Assembly: GCA_028281705.1 (NCBI GenBank)
Contig: JANQJH010000454.1
Location: 23,385-87,384 of the forward strand
Length of the DNA stretch: 64,000 bases
Direction: 5' to 3'
Origin: Verrucomicrobiales bacterium
GTDB lineage: Bacteria; Verrucomicrobiota; Verrucomicrobiia; Verrucomicrobiales; DEV007
The position numbers and the translations under genes are program-made. Under the pieces are notes generated by a model. It was given only the letters and a program-made list of their open reading frames with translations. It did no database searches and had not been told where the DNA came from. This document shows positions 37,196 to 47,694 of this stretch, one piece after another; the first letter of the stretch is position 1, and each line of letters begins with the position of its first letter.

Positions 37196-37238
37196 AAGTT
37201 TAAGTTTATGTTTAAGTGTAAGTTTAAGTTTTTTGGGG
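37196..37238 (+). repeat. Hexamer array A: six AAGTTT-type units followed by a T-run and G-run
   Basis: AAGTTT AAGTTT ATGTTT AAGTGT AAGTTT AAGTTT TTT GGGG. It lies 5 nt beyond the stop of the minus-strand gene 37243..38988 and 73 nt after the CotH-like gene stop. A partial inverted copy, cccaaaaacttaca, is at 37134..37147. Confidence 0.85.
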
Positions 37239-37242
37239 TTGG

Positions 37243-38988
37243 TTAATCGGTATCATCCGGGATCACGTGGAGCGGACCCAAGTATTTCAGCGTGCGTTCG
37301 CGGATCTCTGGATCCGTGATCTGATCCAGCCACGCCATGGCGCCATCGACGTCAGCCGAAGCGGAGGTCATCACGAAAAAAGCGATGGCTTCGTCCGGTA
37401 GCGGGTCTTCGCGGTGGATCTCGGCCAAAATCTTCGAGCCTTCGTGAGGGTTTTGCTCGCCGAGGCGGTAGGCCCACCCCTCGAGGGTTCGCTTTCGACC
37501 GGCACCATCCTCCAAGGTGAGGAAGGCGTCGTGCGCCAGATCGGGAAGAAGGCCTCCGATCTGGGGAATGATGCCTTGAGTGGCGCCATCCCGGTCTTCC
37601 GGGTCTTCAAATTGCGACGCGATGTCCAGGGCCTCCTCCGGATCGATGCGAACCCAATCACTGACGAATGCCATGGCGGGATTGACGCGCCCGCCCAAGC
37701 TTCCCGTGGGATAGGCCGCGATCAGATTCTCAAGGGAACCCTGATGCAGGCTGAAGGCGAGGCCGAGCCGCAGGTCGCCCCAGAGATCTTCGATCGACGT
37801 TAGTTTCTCGCCGAAGGATCGCGAACAGCGTTCGCCGTAGTCGAGCGCCGGGCCGCGTTCGGACATCCTCTCACCGAATTCGGTGGCGAGGATGGGAAAG
37901 GTCAAGAGTAGGTTGTTCCCTGTCGCTTTTCGCAACTCGTCCTCACTCATGGGGCGGCGGCCCAGGAGGCGTTTGTGATTCTCCCAGAGCGCGGACGCCT
38001 CGCTCGGTTCCGCCCTCTGGAAGGCCTCGGCGAGATGGGCCTTGACCAGACGTGTTTTTCCGTCCGGATCGTCCATGCTTTCCACCGCTTCACGCAGGGC
38101 CTCCTCGTCCCGGTCCCATAGCATGTTGACGGTCATCCGCAGCCAGGTGCCGCCATCTGCGGCCTTGTCGAAGGCGATCGCTTGTTTGAGGGCCGCCTCG
38201 TAGGATTCTTCACTGCGCCACTCCAAGAGACCTCTCCACAGTTCGCGGCGGAGAGTGCTGTCGGCGGTGGTAAACGCCAAGACTTCGTTAGGGTAGAGGT
38301 AGCCCAGGGCGCGATAGACCTCGGCGGCGGCCGCTGTTGGGAGCACTTGCAGTCTGTCTCGGAGCGTGAGAGCGGCGGAAAGGGAACTTGTTTCTCTGAC
38401 GATCTCACCAAAAATCTCCCCGCCATCGCCTGGCAAGATCTCGCTCCAGAACCGGGCTTCGTGTGAGGCAAGCATGTCCGAGTCCTCCATGAACCTCCCG
38501 ACGCCAGCCGCGAACCTGGCTCCGAGTTTCGCCGGATCGGTTTGCCAGTGATCCCAGATGAGTTCTCCGTGGAGGGCGCCGCAGTCACCGACGAGAAGAT
38601 CCAAGGGGAATGATGGAGGGGATGTTGTCAGGCTGCCGAGAGCTGTGAGCGCCTCTTCGGGGTGTTGGGCCAGCCAGGCCTTGAGTAGGTTTGCCAGAGG
38701 ATACCCGGCACCCGGCGTCAGGTTCTGGCACAGACGATCGAAGTCGGATTGGAATTCGGTGTTCGTCCTCAGTCCGATTGGAATTCCTGATTGGAGCGCA
38801 GAAGAGGAAGCTTGCAGATCCAAGACAGAGTAGGATCGCAGTGCCTCTGCCAGTCTGTTGTCGGGCGTTGGCTCCTCGCGCGGGGGAAGGATGGATGCGA
38901 GGATGGTGCCAAGGCACACCCCGATCCCCACGGCGAGGATGGTCCACAGGGCGTGGCGCCGGAGTTGCTTGGCAGATGGAAGGGTCAT
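37243..38988 (-). CDS. Membrane-anchored helical-repeat protein, partner of the ECF sigma fusion
   Basis: 581 aa with an N-terminal TM segment (HALWTILAVGIGVCLGTILASIL), then an all-helical, HEAT/TPR-like composition. Its ATG overlaps the sigma gene stop (ATGA). The C-terminal block ...ITDPEIRERTLKYL resembles the sigma protein C-terminus ...IQDREMRQRALNVL. Confidence 0.65.
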   Translation of the reverse strand: MTLPSAKQLRRHALWTILAVGIGVCLGTILASILPPREEPTPDNRLAEALRSYSVLDLQASSSALQSGIPIGLRTNTEFQSDFDRLCQNLTPGAGYPLANLLKAWLAQHPEEALTALGSLTTSPPSFPLDLLVGDCGALHGELIWDHWQTDPAKLGARFAAGVGRFMEDSDMLASHEARFWSEILPGDGGEIFGEIVRETSSLSAALTLRDRLQVLPTAAAAEVYRALGYLYPNEVLAFTTADSTLRRELWRGLLEWRSEESYEAALKQAIAFDKAADGGTWLRMTVNMLWDRDEEALREAVESMDDPDGKTRLVKAHLAEAFQRAEPSEASALWENHKRLLGRRPMSEDELRKATGNNLLLTFPILATEFGERMSERGPALDYGERCSRSFGEKLTSIEDLWGDLRLGLAFSLHQGSLENLIAAYPTGSLGGRVNPAMAFVSDWVRIDPEEALDIASQFEDPEDRDGATQGIIPQIGGLLPDLAHDAFLTLEDGAGRKRTLEGWAYRLGEQNPHEGSKILAEIHREDPLPDEAIAFFVMTSASADVDGAMAWLDQITDPEIRERTLKYLGPLHVIPDDTD

Positions 38989-41174
38989 CGATTGAGGACG
39001 TTGAGGGCTCGTTGACGCATCTCTCGGTCTTGGATGCGGTCTGCCATTTCCAGGCGAAGGCTGCGCTCCAAGAGATGGGACGTTGCCATGCCGAGATAGG
39101 CGGCATCGGCATCCTCTTCATTCATGGAGGCAATCCACTCCCGGGCCACGGCCGATTGTTCCGGATGGGTCCAGAGCTTGACGACGATCTCTCCGATATT
39201 GCGCGCGCGACCGTGGTCCTTGTAGGCGGAGGAGGAAAGATCCTCCCAGGCGGCCATGAACTGCGAGGGAGCGTGGCTGGCCATGGCGTGGAGGTAATTC
39301 GTCACCGTCATGTAGTGGCTCTGGAGTTCGGGCGTGGCGTCCAGGAGGGTGCGGATGCGGTCCAGATGCTCCGGGGATCTTGCCTCAAGACATAGAATGC
39401 TCATGCTCCAGGGGTCGATCAGCTGAGGATTGTCGGAAACGAGTTGCAGGGCCTGATGAGGCGCGGATTGCATGAGGTCTCGCAGTCCGTGGCGCATGCG
39501 GAGGGATCGGGAGGATTCCGTCGGGGCGTTGCTGAAGTATTCAAGGTAGAGTTCCGTGTCCTCTTGGGCCGCCCATTGGGCCATTTGTTTTTGCAGACTC
39601 TTGTCTTCCATGATTCCTTCGCGGGTGGCGATCTCCCAGGCCTCGCGAGGCTCTGAGGCGTCTTTGAAGGCGCGCATGATGAGTTCGTTCCAGTGATGAC
39701 TCTTGGCCATGTGATCGTTCAGCCAGGCGATCCGGCTCTCAACCGAGCCCGTCTTGAAGATGGGTTCGATGGCCTTGGCGCTGAGAGCGGGAGACAGTTG
39801 TTCGAATGCCAGGGTCCAGGACTCGGAGCCGACATCAGATGCGGCAGCGAGGGCGGCTGCGAGGGCGTGCTGCCGGCGCAGGACGTTGGGAAGATCCAGG
39901 GCGAGTTGGCGTGCTGATTCGGCATCGGTCAGGGCCCAACGGCGGACGAGGTGTTCTAACAATGACTGTACTCCCGGGCCTGCGCTCCGGGAGATCGCCG
40001 CCGCCTGATCGACGAGCACTTCCAGGGGGAGGCGATCGAACAGGATCTCCATGGCATCTGCGCGCACATCCGGGGACCGGAAGCAGCGCCCCCGGATCAC
40101 GAGGCCGATCGCGTCCTCCACGCGATCGGGAAGCAGGTTTTGCAGGAGCGCCTCCCATAAGCGGCGATCGGTGCTTTCTCCGTCGAGGCAGATTTGAAGG
40201 GCGCGTTCAGGGTCCGTGTTGATGAGACGTTCCGTGACCCACCAATGCCTGAGGGCGTCGGGCTGGGAGCGCATCTGAAGGATCGGGGATGATGGCTTCC
40301 TGCCTGCAAGCGTCCCGGCCGCGCTTGCGGGGACCAGAGGTTGGCCCGGGGAAACTTCGCGTGCCAAGGGCACGGTGGCGATGGTGCTCAAGAGGACGAT
40401 GCCGCCGAAGGCCGCTGCTTGTGCTTTGGTCATGAGGATGAATGGCGAGGATGAACTGAGAGTGGTTGTCGTCGTGGAAGACCAGGCGCTTGTTGCGACA
40501 CTAGCGCTCATCTCAATGGGGGCGGTGGTGGAAGCGGCGTGATCTTGCAGAGTCGTGGCCAAGGCCGCGGCCGTCGTTCCGGCATAGCCCCGCTTGGTAA
40601 GGATGCGTTTCAAGCGTTCGAGGGCTCTGGAAAGACGTTTTTGGGCTGCATCTTCCGTGATTCCCAAGGTGGTGCCGATGGCTCTGAGGCGCTTGTTCTC
40701 AAAGAAGCGCAGCACGATGAGATCGCGGTCGCGGTCGCGGAGTTGAGCGATCGCGTCATCGAGAACAGGAGAGAGTTGTTCCCAGTGTGCCGCGCTGTCG
40801 TGGTGGAGCGTTTCCATTTCCATGGCAAGGCGTTCACGGACTTGACGCCGCCGCTCGGATCGGAGGTGTTTGGCCGCGGTGAAGGTGGTGTGTTTGTGCA
40901 GCCAACCGCCGAGCGGCGCGCTGGCAGAGAGCCGGGGCGCCATCCTCGCAAGATCACTGAACACGGTCTGCACCACATCGTCGGCCGACCCATCGTTCGT
41001 CTGGAGTTTTCGGCAGGCGATGCCGTAGACGAAGTCGATGTATCGATGGACGAGTTCGCGGAATGCCTCTTCCGAGCGCGAAGCTTGATACTTTCGCAGG
41101 AGCTCGTTTGCGGGTGCTGTGTCGGTCGACGGCATGTTTGATGATATCAACCCGCTGGGAGGGGAATCCGACAT
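38985..41174 (-). CDS. ECF (sigma-70 family group IV) sigma factor fused to a TM helix and a ~450-aa extracytoplasmic helical domain
   Basis: Region 2 is AFRELVHRYIDFVYGIACRKL...DDVVQTVF. Region 4 is DRDLIVLRFFENKRLRAIGTTLGITEDAAQKRLSRALERLK. TM segment AAAFGGIVLLSTIATVPLA. Start moved to the ATG at 41174, because the upstream 41 codons are just the K/L-rich translation of hexamer array B. Confidence 0.8.
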   Translation of the reverse strand: MSDSPPSGLISSNMPSTDTAPANELLRKYQASRSEEAFRELVHRYIDFVYGIACRKLQTNDGSADDVVQTVFSDLARMAPRLSASAPLGGWLHKHTTFTAAKHLRSERRRQVRERLAMEMETLHHDSAAHWEQLSPVLDDAIAQLRDRDRDLIVLRFFENKRLRAIGTTLGITEDAAQKRLSRALERLKRILTKRGYAGTTAAALATTLQDHAASTTAPIEMSASVATSAWSSTTTTTLSSSSPFILMTKAQAAAFGGIVLLSTIATVPLAREVSPGQPLVPASAAGTLAGRKPSSPILQMRSQPDALRHWWVTERLINTDPERALQICLDGESTDRRLWEALLQNLLPDRVEDAIGLVIRGRCFRSPDVRADAMEILFDRLPLEVLVDQAAAISRSAGPGVQSLLEHLVRRWALTDAESARQLALDLPNVLRRQHALAAALAAASDVGSESWTLAFEQLSPALSAKAIEPIFKTGSVESRIAWLNDHMAKSHHWNELIMRAFKDASEPREAWEIATREGIMEDKSLQKQMAQWAAQEDTELYLEYFSNAPTESSRSLRMRHGLRDLMQSAPHQALQLVSDNPQLIDPWSMSILCLEARSPEHLDRIRTLLDATPELQSHYMTVTNYLHAMASHAPSQFMAAWEDLSSSAYKDHGRARNIGEIVVKLWTHPEQSAVAREWIASMNEEDADAAYLGMATSHLLERSLRLEMADRIQDREMRQRALNVLNR

Positions 41175-41220
41175 TTTTTGTTGGGCGTGATCTTTGGAGG
41201 GGAGTTGCTGGCGGACCGGG

Positions 41221-41264
41221 AGTTTAAGTTGAAGTTTATGTTTAGGTTTAAGTTTTTGGGGGGG
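41221..41264 (+). repeat. Hexamer array B: six AAGTTT-type units followed by a T-run and G-run
   Basis: GAGTTT AAGTTG AAGTTT ATGTTT AGGTTT AAGTTT TT GGGGGGG. It has the same orientation and architecture as array A. It lies in the divergent promoter region between the sigma gene (start 41174, minus) and the symporter gene (start 41312, plus). Confidence 0.85.
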
Positions 41265-41311
41265 AATGACGTGTCTTGACCTCATCTTTGGATCCATCGG
41301 AGACTCGCGCC

Positions 41312-43897
41312 ATGCATCACGGGAAAGCCTTTCTTTGGGTCGCGGTTTTCTGGGGTCTCTCGACGAGTTTGTCTGCCCAACTGCAGCTTGAATGGGCTGA
41401 GCTGGCGGAGGTGCCCCCGGCGGAAGGGCAGACGGTGCAGCCGGGCTTGGCGGGGCCGTTTACCGGGGTCCATGGGGAGGTGTTGATCATTGCGGGTGGG
41501 GCCAATTTCCCCAATGCACCGCTCTGGGAGACGGCCAAGGTGTGGCATGCGGACATCTTCGTTCTGGAGAGGACCGGGGACGGGCAGGTCTGGAAGAGCG
41601 GTGGTTCGCTCGACCGTCCGCTGGCCTATGGCGCGGCGGTTTCGACGCCCGATGGGGTCGTTTGCCTGGGGGGTGACGATGGTGAAGGGATCCGCGATGA
41701 GGTGTTCTTGTTGGCCTGGGATCCCTCGAGCGGAGAGGTGACACAGTCGGCGTACCCCGCGTTGCCGCGTCCCTGTGGCTATGGGCAGGCGGCCCTGGTC
41801 AAGGAGACGATCTATCTTGCCGGGGGGCAGAGCGGCAAGACGCTGGACATGGCGCTGACGAATTTTTGGTCGCTCGATCTGTCGGCAAAAGGGACTGCCG
41901 ACTTTGTCTGGCGGGAGCATGAGCCGTGGCCGGGGACGAGCCGGGCCTTCAATATCACGGTGGCGCAGCACAATGGCTACGATGATTGTGTCTATGTGAT
42001 GAGCGGCCGGAGACAGGAAGGGGAAGAGGTGCAGTTTCTCACCGACGTCTGGGAGTACAACACGAGTAGCAACGCTTGGCGAGAGAGGCAGACGCTCCCA
42101 CGATCCGTCATGGCGGGGACGGCGGTGGCCTACGGCCAGAGCCACGTCTATGTCTTGGGAGGGGCGGATGGCAGTTTGTGGGGACAGGAAGATGTCTTGC
42201 GCGACGATCATCCAGGTTTCCCCAAGCAGGCGTTGGCCTATCATACGATCACGGACACCTGGACCGGTGCCGGTGAGATACCGGTGAACCACGTGACCAC
42301 GGTGCCGGTGACCTGGGACGGTGCCATGATCATCCCCAGTGGCGAGATCCGGCCCCGGGTGCGTTCGCCCAAGATCTGGAGTGTCTCGCCCCTGACGGCA
42401 CAAGAGGGGTTTGGCGGGATCAACTACACGGTACTCATCGTTTATCTGCTTCTCATGGTTGGCGTGGGCGTTTATTTCGCGCGGAAGAACAAGGACACCG
42501 ACGATTTCTTCCGCGGAGGAAAACAGATGGTGTGGTGGGCCGCGGGGTGCAGCATTTTCGCCACGATGTTGAGTTCGCTGACTTACACCGGCCTGCCTTC
42601 GAAAGCATTTGCGCAGGATTGGGTTTATGCCGTGGGCAACATGATGATTCCCGTGGTGGCGGTGGTGGCTGTCTTTGTCGCGCTGCCGTTCTATCGCCGC
42701 ATCGATGCCACCAGTGCCTACGAGTACCTGGAGAAACGATTCAGCCGGCCCGTGCGGATGATCGGGAGTTTGTTCTTCACCTTGTTTCACATTTTCCGCA
42801 TGGCGGTGGTGATGTCCCTCACGGGCCTGGCCTTGGCCGCGGCGACCCCGTTGACACCGGCGCAGTCGGTGATTCTCATGGGCTTCCTCAGTATTCTCTA
42901 CTGCGCCATGGGTGGGATCGAGGCCGTGATCTGGACGGACACCATCCAGACCTTCGTTTTGTTAGGCGGTGCACTCCTGGCCTTTGCCATTCTCGTGAGC
43001 GGCGTCGATGGCGGCTTTTCCGGATTTGTCTCGACGGCGGCGGAGGCGGACAAGTTTCGACTGGCGCATTTCCACTGGGACATCACCTCGGCACAGATTG
43101 CCTTGTGGATCATCATCATCGGCGGGTTTGGCCAGAATCTCTCTTCTTACACCGCGGATCAGGCGGTGGTGCAGCGTTACATGACGACGCCCGATGAAAA
43201 GCTGGCGGCTCGGGCGATTTGGACCAATGCCATTTTGAGCGTTTTCGCCACCATCCTTTTCTTCGGATTGGGTTCGGCGCTCTTCGCCTTCTATCATTCG
43301 AATCCCGACCGGCTGGATCCCACGATCACCACGGATCAAATCCTGCCTCTCTTCATCACCCAGGAAATGCCGGTGGGATTGGCCGGTTTGATCGTGGCGG
43401 GGATCTTCGCCGCCGCGCAGTCGACGGTGTCGACGAGCATGAACTCGACGGCAACGACGCTGGTGACCGATTTTCTCCGGCCGATGAATGTTTGTCAGGG
43501 CGAGCGTGGCTATTTGACGGCGGCGCGGGTGATCACGGTGCTCATTGGCATTCTGGGAACGACCTTTGGTGTCGTCTTCGTCAATCCCGAGATCCGGTCG
43601 TTGTTTGACACCTTCATCAAGGTCATCGGACTCTTCATGGGGGTCCTCGGCGGCCTCTTCGTCCTCGGCGTGATGACGCGCAAGGCCAACAGTGCCGGGG
43701 CACTGGCGGGCGGTTTGACCGGGGCAGTGGTGATGTTTTGCCTCTGGCGATTCACTGCAGTGAATGGCTACCTCTACACGGTCACGGGGATTGTGACCTG
43801 TGTGGTCATCGGCTATGTGACGAGCCTGCTTCTTCCGGGCCGGAGTCAGATCGAGGGGCTAACCATTCACAGCCTCAGGCGTCAAGGCTCGGCGTAG
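41312..43897 (+). CDS. Fusion of a Kelch/NanM-like (cyclically permuted mutarotase) domain and a sodium:solute symporter (SSS family)
   Basis: Signal peptide from the ATG at 41312 ([22 protein letters not shown]). Kelch-like repeats follow, with [10 protein letters not shown] and GGDDGEG...LAGGQSG...LGGADGS. From about residue 380 the SSS core begins: [45 protein letters not shown], followed by about 13 helices. Confidence 0.8.
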   Translation: MHHGKAFLWVAVFWGLSTSLSAQLQLEWAELAEVPPAEGQTVQPGLAGPFTGVHGEVLIIAGGANFPNAPLWETAKVWHADIFVLERTGDGQVWKSGGSLDRPLAYGAAVSTPDGVVCLGGDDGEGIRDEVFLLAWDPSSGEVTQSAYPALPRPCGYGQAALVKETIYLAGGQSGKTLDMALTNFWSLDLSAKGTADFVWREHEPWPGTSRAFNITVAQHNGYDDCVYVMSGRRQEGEEVQFLTDVWEYNTSSNAWRERQTLPRSVMAGTAVAYGQSHVYVLGGADGSLWGQEDVLRDDHPGFPKQALAYHTITDTWTGAGEIPVNHVTTVPVTWDGAMIIPSGEIRPRVRSPKIWSVSPLTAQEGFGGINYTVLIVYLLLMVGVGVYFARKNKDTDDFFRGGKQMVWWAAGCSIFATMLSSLTYTGLPSKAFAQDWVYAVGNMMIPVVAVVAVFVALPFYRRIDATSAYEYLEKRFSRPVRMIGSLFFTLFHIFRMAVVMSLTGLALAAATPLTPAQSVILMGFLSILYCAMGGIEAVIWTDTIQTFVLLGGALLAFAILVSGVDGGFSGFVSTAAEADKFRLAHFHWDITSAQIALWIIIIGGFGQNLSSYTADQAVVQRYMTTPDEKLAARAIWTNAILSVFATILFFGLGSALFAFYHSNPDRLDPTITTDQILPLFITQEMPVGLAGLIVAGIFAAAQSTVSTSMNSTATTLVTDFLRPMNVCQGERGYLTAARVITVLIGILGTTFGVVFVNPEIRSLFDTFIKVIGLFMGVLGGLFVLGVMTRKANSAGALAGGLTGAVVMFCLWRFTAVNGYLYTVTGIVTCVVIGYVTSLLLPGRSQIEGLTIHSLRRQGSA

Positions 43898-43979
43898 CGA
43901 CGAGATCGATTGATTGGAGAAGTCGACCTTGCAAATGGGTCGTGACCTCCGATTTACTCTCCTACGTCATCACTTGAAC

Positions 43980-45101
43980 ATGAACGCAACCAACACCCGA
44001 CTCAATCCCGCCGAACGCATCCTCATGGGCCCGGGGCCCAGCACGGTTTCTTCCCGCGTCCTTCGCGCCCTGGCCGCCCCCACGCTGGGCCATCTGGATC
44101 CGCAGTATGTGCAGATCATGGACGAGACCTGTGCCATGCTCCGGTCCGTCTATCAGACGGAGAACAAAATGACCTTTCCCGTATCCGGCACCGGGATGGC
44201 CGGCATGGAGACCCTGGCGGTCAATCTCCTGGAGCCGGGGGATGAGGTTATCGTCTGCATCAACGGCGTTTTCGGCGGCCGGATGAAAGACGTCATGGAG
44301 CGCTGTGGGGCCACGGTCCACAGTGTCGAGGCGCCGTGGGGCGAGATCATTTCAGACGAATCCGCCGCCGAAGCCGTGGCGGCCCATCCCAAGGCCAAGC
44401 TCTTCGCCATTGTCCATGCGGAGACCTCGACTGGCGCGCATCAACCTTTAGTCAACATTTCGAAACTCGTTCATGACGCCGGCATGCTCTTCCTCGTGGA
44501 TGCCGTGACTTCGCTGGGAGGTCACGAATTGAAGGTCGACGAGTGGGGGATCGATGCCATTTATTCCGGGACGCAGAAGAACCTTTCCTGTCCACCGGGA
44601 CTGTCCCCCGTGTCCTTTTCCGATCGCGCCCTGGAAGTCATGGAAGCGCGAAAGACCAAGGTCCAGAGTTGGTACCTCGATGTCTCCATGCTGCGCAATT
44701 ACTACATGGGGAACGCCGAAGGCGGGCGCGCCTATCACCACACGGCGCCGATCAACATGACCTACGCCTTGCGCGAAGCCTTGCAGATCATTCTCGAGGA
44801 GGGTTTGGAGAACCGGATCGCGCGGCATGAGAAATGGCACCGGCGATTGCGTAGCGGACTCGAGGCACTGGGCCTGAAATACGTGCCCTCACATTCATTG
44901 CACAACCTGAACTGCGTCTACAAACCGGACGAGGCTGACGACGCTGCGGTCCGCAGTGCCTTGCTCAACGACTACAGCATCGAGATCGGGGCCGGCCTGG
45001 GTCCCATGGCCGGGAAGGCCTGGCGAATCGGTTTGATGGGGCATGCCTGCTCCCAGCGGAATGTGGATCTTGTATTGGCGGCGTTGAAAGAAGTTCTCTA
45101 G
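43980..45101 (+). CDS. Class V aminotransferase, alanine/serine--glyoxylate (pyruvate) aminotransferase type
   Basis: Start at the ATG at 43980. [36 protein letters not shown] and [19 protein letters not shown] (PLP lysine context) are typical of the AGXT family. Confidence 0.85.
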   Translation: MNATNTRLNPAERILMGPGPSTVSSRVLRALAAPTLGHLDPQYVQIMDETCAMLRSVYQTENKMTFPVSGTGMAGMETLAVNLLEPGDEVIVCINGVFGGRMKDVMERCGATVHSVEAPWGEIISDESAAEAVAAHPKAKLFAIVHAETSTGAHQPLVNISKLVHDAGMLFLVDAVTSLGGHELKVDEWGIDAIYSGTQKNLSCPPGLSPVSFSDRALEVMEARKTKVQSWYLDVSMLRNYYMGNAEGGRAYHHTAPINMTYALREALQIILEEGLENRIARHEKWHRRLRSGLEALGLKYVPSHSLHNLNCVYKPDEADDAAVRSALLNDYSIEIGAGLGPMAGKAWRIGLMGHACSQRNVDLVLAALKEVL

Positions 45102-45113
45102 CCGTATTCCCGT

Positions 45114-46568
45114 ATGCCTGATTCCACTGGCGAAGCCCTGGCATCATTGCGGTCGATCATTCCGGCGGATCGACTTCTCTTGGATGAGGCGCACTTGACG
45201 GCCTACGAATCGGATGGGCTCACCGCGTTCCGCACCGCGCCGCGGGCGGTGGTGATTCCGGAGTCTGCGGAGGAAGTCATCGCCGTCGTGCGCTGGTGTC
45301 AGCGGCACGGCATTCCCTTTGTCGCCCGCGGCAGCGGGACGAGTCTCTCGGGAGGCTCGCTTCCGGTGGCGGATGGCATCGTCATCACCTTGAACCGGCT
45401 GAACAAGATCCTTCAGCTCGATCCCGAGGAACGCGTTGCCGTGGTCGAACCCGGGGTCATCAACTTGGCGGTGACCAGAGCGGCGCAGCCATTTGGCCTG
45501 CATTACGCCCCCGATCCATCCAGCCAGACAATTTGCACCATTGGCGGCAACCTCGCTTTCAATTCAGGCGGGGCCCATTGTCTGAAGTACGGCATGACGG
45601 CCAACCATGTGTTAGGCGTCAAGGCGGTCTTGGCCACGGGTGAAGTGGTGGAGTTTGGCGGGCGCAGCCGGGAATCGATCGGGCCGGATTACGCGGGCTT
45701 ATTTTGTGGTTCTGAGGGGCTCTTCGGAGTGGCTTTGGAAATCACTCTTCGCCTGCTTCCCAGGGCGGAGAGGTTTCACACGGTCTTGGTCGGTTATCGT
45801 TCGCTGGAAGATGCGGGGAACGCCGTGGCTGCGGTGATCGATGCCGGGCTTCTGCCAGGGGCCATGGAGATCATGGACGCCCTGGCCATCGAAGCGGCGG
45901 AGGCCGCCGTGGCCTGTGGCTACCCGGAGGGCGCAGAGGCCGTCTTGATTGTGGAACTGGAAGGGCCTCGAGAAAAGGTGGAATTGGAACGGGTCAGGCT
46001 CGACGCCATCCTTGCGGCCACCGAGGCCTTTGGCACGCGGGTGGCGGTGGATGACTCCGATCGCATGGCCATTTGGCGCGGGCGGAAAAGTGCCTTCTCG
46101 GCAGTCGGCCGCCTCAGTCCCGATTTCATCGTCCAGGACGGCGTCGTGCCGCGCAATCGGCTGGGGGAAGCGCTACGCCGCATCGACGAGCTCTCGCGGG
46201 AAACCGGTATTCGGGTGGCCAATGTGTTTCATGCGGGAGACGGCAACTTACACCCTCTCATCCTCTACGATGGTCGCGAGATCGGTGCCCTGGAGGCGGC
46301 GGAGGAACTCGCGGGGCGGATTTTGAAAATGTGTACCGAAATGGGAGGTTCGATCACGGGCGAGCATGGCATCGGCATGGAGAAGCGCGACTACCTGGAA
46401 GAGATGTTTTCCGCGGAAGACGTGGCGACGATGAAGCGCATTCGCCAGGCCTTTGATCCTGGCGGCATTGCCAACCCCGGCAAGATGTTTCCCGGGAGTG
46501 AAGCGCCCTCTCTGAAACAGCACGGATTGCATCCCTTGGAGAAGGCCGGCGTCATCACGCGCGAGTAA
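45114..46568 (+). CDS. glcD: Glycolate oxidase subunit GlcD (FAD-linked oxidase)
   Basis: It has a PCMH-type FAD-binding domain ([36 protein letters not shown]) and C-terminal [18 protein letters not shown]. It is followed by glcE and glcF. Confidence 0.85.
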   Translation: MPDSTGEALASLRSIIPADRLLLDEAHLTAYESDGLTAFRTAPRAVVIPESAEEVIAVVRWCQRHGIPFVARGSGTSLSGGSLPVADGIVITLNRLNKILQLDPEERVAVVEPGVINLAVTRAAQPFGLHYAPDPSSQTICTIGGNLAFNSGGAHCLKYGMTANHVLGVKAVLATGEVVEFGGRSRESIGPDYAGLFCGSEGLFGVALEITLRLLPRAERFHTVLVGYRSLEDAGNAVAAVIDAGLLPGAMEIMDALAIEAAEAAVACGYPEGAEAVLIVELEGPREKVELERVRLDAILAATEAFGTRVAVDDSDRMAIWRGRKSAFSAVGRLSPDFIVQDGVVPRNRLGEALRRIDELSRETGIRVANVFHAGDGNLHPLILYDGREIGALEAAEELAGRILKMCTEMGGSITGEHGIGMEKRDYLEEMFSAEDVATMKRIRQAFDPGGIANPGKMFPGSEAPSLKQHGLHPLEKAGVITRE

Positions 46569-46572
46569 GGGA

Positions 46573-47676
46573 ATGATGTTGGTGCCGGCGTCCATTGATG
46601 AGCTGAAAGCCATGGTCCTCGACCACCCTCGGGTGCTGGCTTCCGGAGGACGGACGAAGAACCGGCTCCATCATCATCATGGCGTGGATGATCGTGATTG
46701 TGTCCCTCTCTCCCTGCGGGGCCTAACGGGGATCACGGAATACGAACCCTCGGAATACACCTTCACCGCACTGGCGGGAACGCCCGTCAGGGAGATTCAG
46801 GCCGCCTTGCAAGAAAAGGGGCAGTTCCTGCCATGCTCGGCCTTGTTGAGTGATTCGGGAGCGACCTTGGGTGGAGCCATCGCCTCGGGCCTGTCCGGTG
46901 CGGGACGTTTCCGTTTTGGCGGTTTGCGAGACTTTTTGTTGGGCGTCCGTTACGTCTCCGGGGAAGGAGAACTCATTGCCGGTGGTGGCAAGGTGGTGAA
47001 GAATGCGGCCGGATTTGACCTGCCCAAGTTCATGGTAGGGAGTTTGGGGTGCTACGGGATCCTGGCTGAGGTCACCTTCAAGGTTTTTCCGGCGCCATCC
47101 TCGGTTCGGACGTTGAGAGTATCCTGCGATTCCCATGAGCGTGCGGCGGAGCGGCTGGTGCGGTCGGCTTCTGCACGCTGGGAACTTTACGCCCTCGATT
47201 ACCAGGGGTGGACGCGTTCGATCTATCTTCGGTTGGGCGGGCCCGGAACTGCCCTCGACTGTATCGCCGGCGAGATCGTTCAGGAGTGGGCCGGAGAGGT
47301 TGAGGTGTTGGATGACGAAGAGGGTGACGCTTTTTGGCATGGCGTGCGCGAAATCGCCTGGGCGCCTGAGGGTGGTGCGATGGTGAAAGTGCCGCTCACG
47401 CCGAAGAAAATAGCCTCGCTCCAATTGGCGCTGGAGGCCATCGGGGTGCCAACGGTGCATTACAGCAGCGGCGGAAACGTGGCCTTTGTCAGTGTGAGCG
47501 ATGGGGAAAGGATGGAAGCCCTCTCCAAGGCACTGACAACCATCGGCTTGCAGGGCATGACCTTTCGGGGTGATCCGGAAGTGCCCCTTTGGATCGGCTT
47601 CGAGCGATCGCGTCAGATTGACGACGCGGTGAAGCAGGCTTTCGATCCCCGAAAACGCTTTCCCTCAATGAGATGA
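46573..47676 (+). CDS. glcE: Glycolate oxidase FAD-binding subunit GlcE
   Basis: GATLGGAIASGLSGAGRFRFGGLRDFLLGVRYVSGEGELIAGGGKVVKNAAGFDLPKFMVGSLGCYGIL matches the GlcE pattern. The gene sits between glcD and glcF. Confidence 0.75.
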   Translation: MMLVPASIDELKAMVLDHPRVLASGGRTKNRLHHHHGVDDRDCVPLSLRGLTGITEYEPSEYTFTALAGTPVREIQAALQEKGQFLPCSALLSDSGATLGGAIASGLSGAGRFRFGGLRDFLLGVRYVSGEGELIAGGGKVVKNAAGFDLPKFMVGSLGCYGILAEVTFKVFPAPSSVRTLRVSCDSHERAAERLVRSASARWELYALDYQGWTRSIYLRLGGPGTALDCIAGEIVQEWAGEVEVLDDEEGDAFWHGVREIAWAPEGGAMVKVPLTPKKIASLQLALEAIGVPTVHYSSGGNVAFVSVSDGERMEALSKALTTIGLQGMTFRGDPEVPLWIGFERSRQIDDAVKQAFDPRKRFPSMR

Positions 47677-47694
47677 GGCCCTGATCGAGATCCC

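Noticed and set aside
41175-41297. N-terminal 41-codon extension of the sigma-factor ORF ([27 protein letters not shown]...)
   Set aside because: The K/L-rich peptide is simply the translation of hexamer array B. The ATG at 41174 precedes the sigma region 2 at a normal distance.
41282-42790. 502-aa ORF antisense to the Kelch/SSS fusion gene
   Set aside because: It is Arg/Pro/Gly-rich with no motif. The sense strand encodes clear Kelch repeats and an SSS core.
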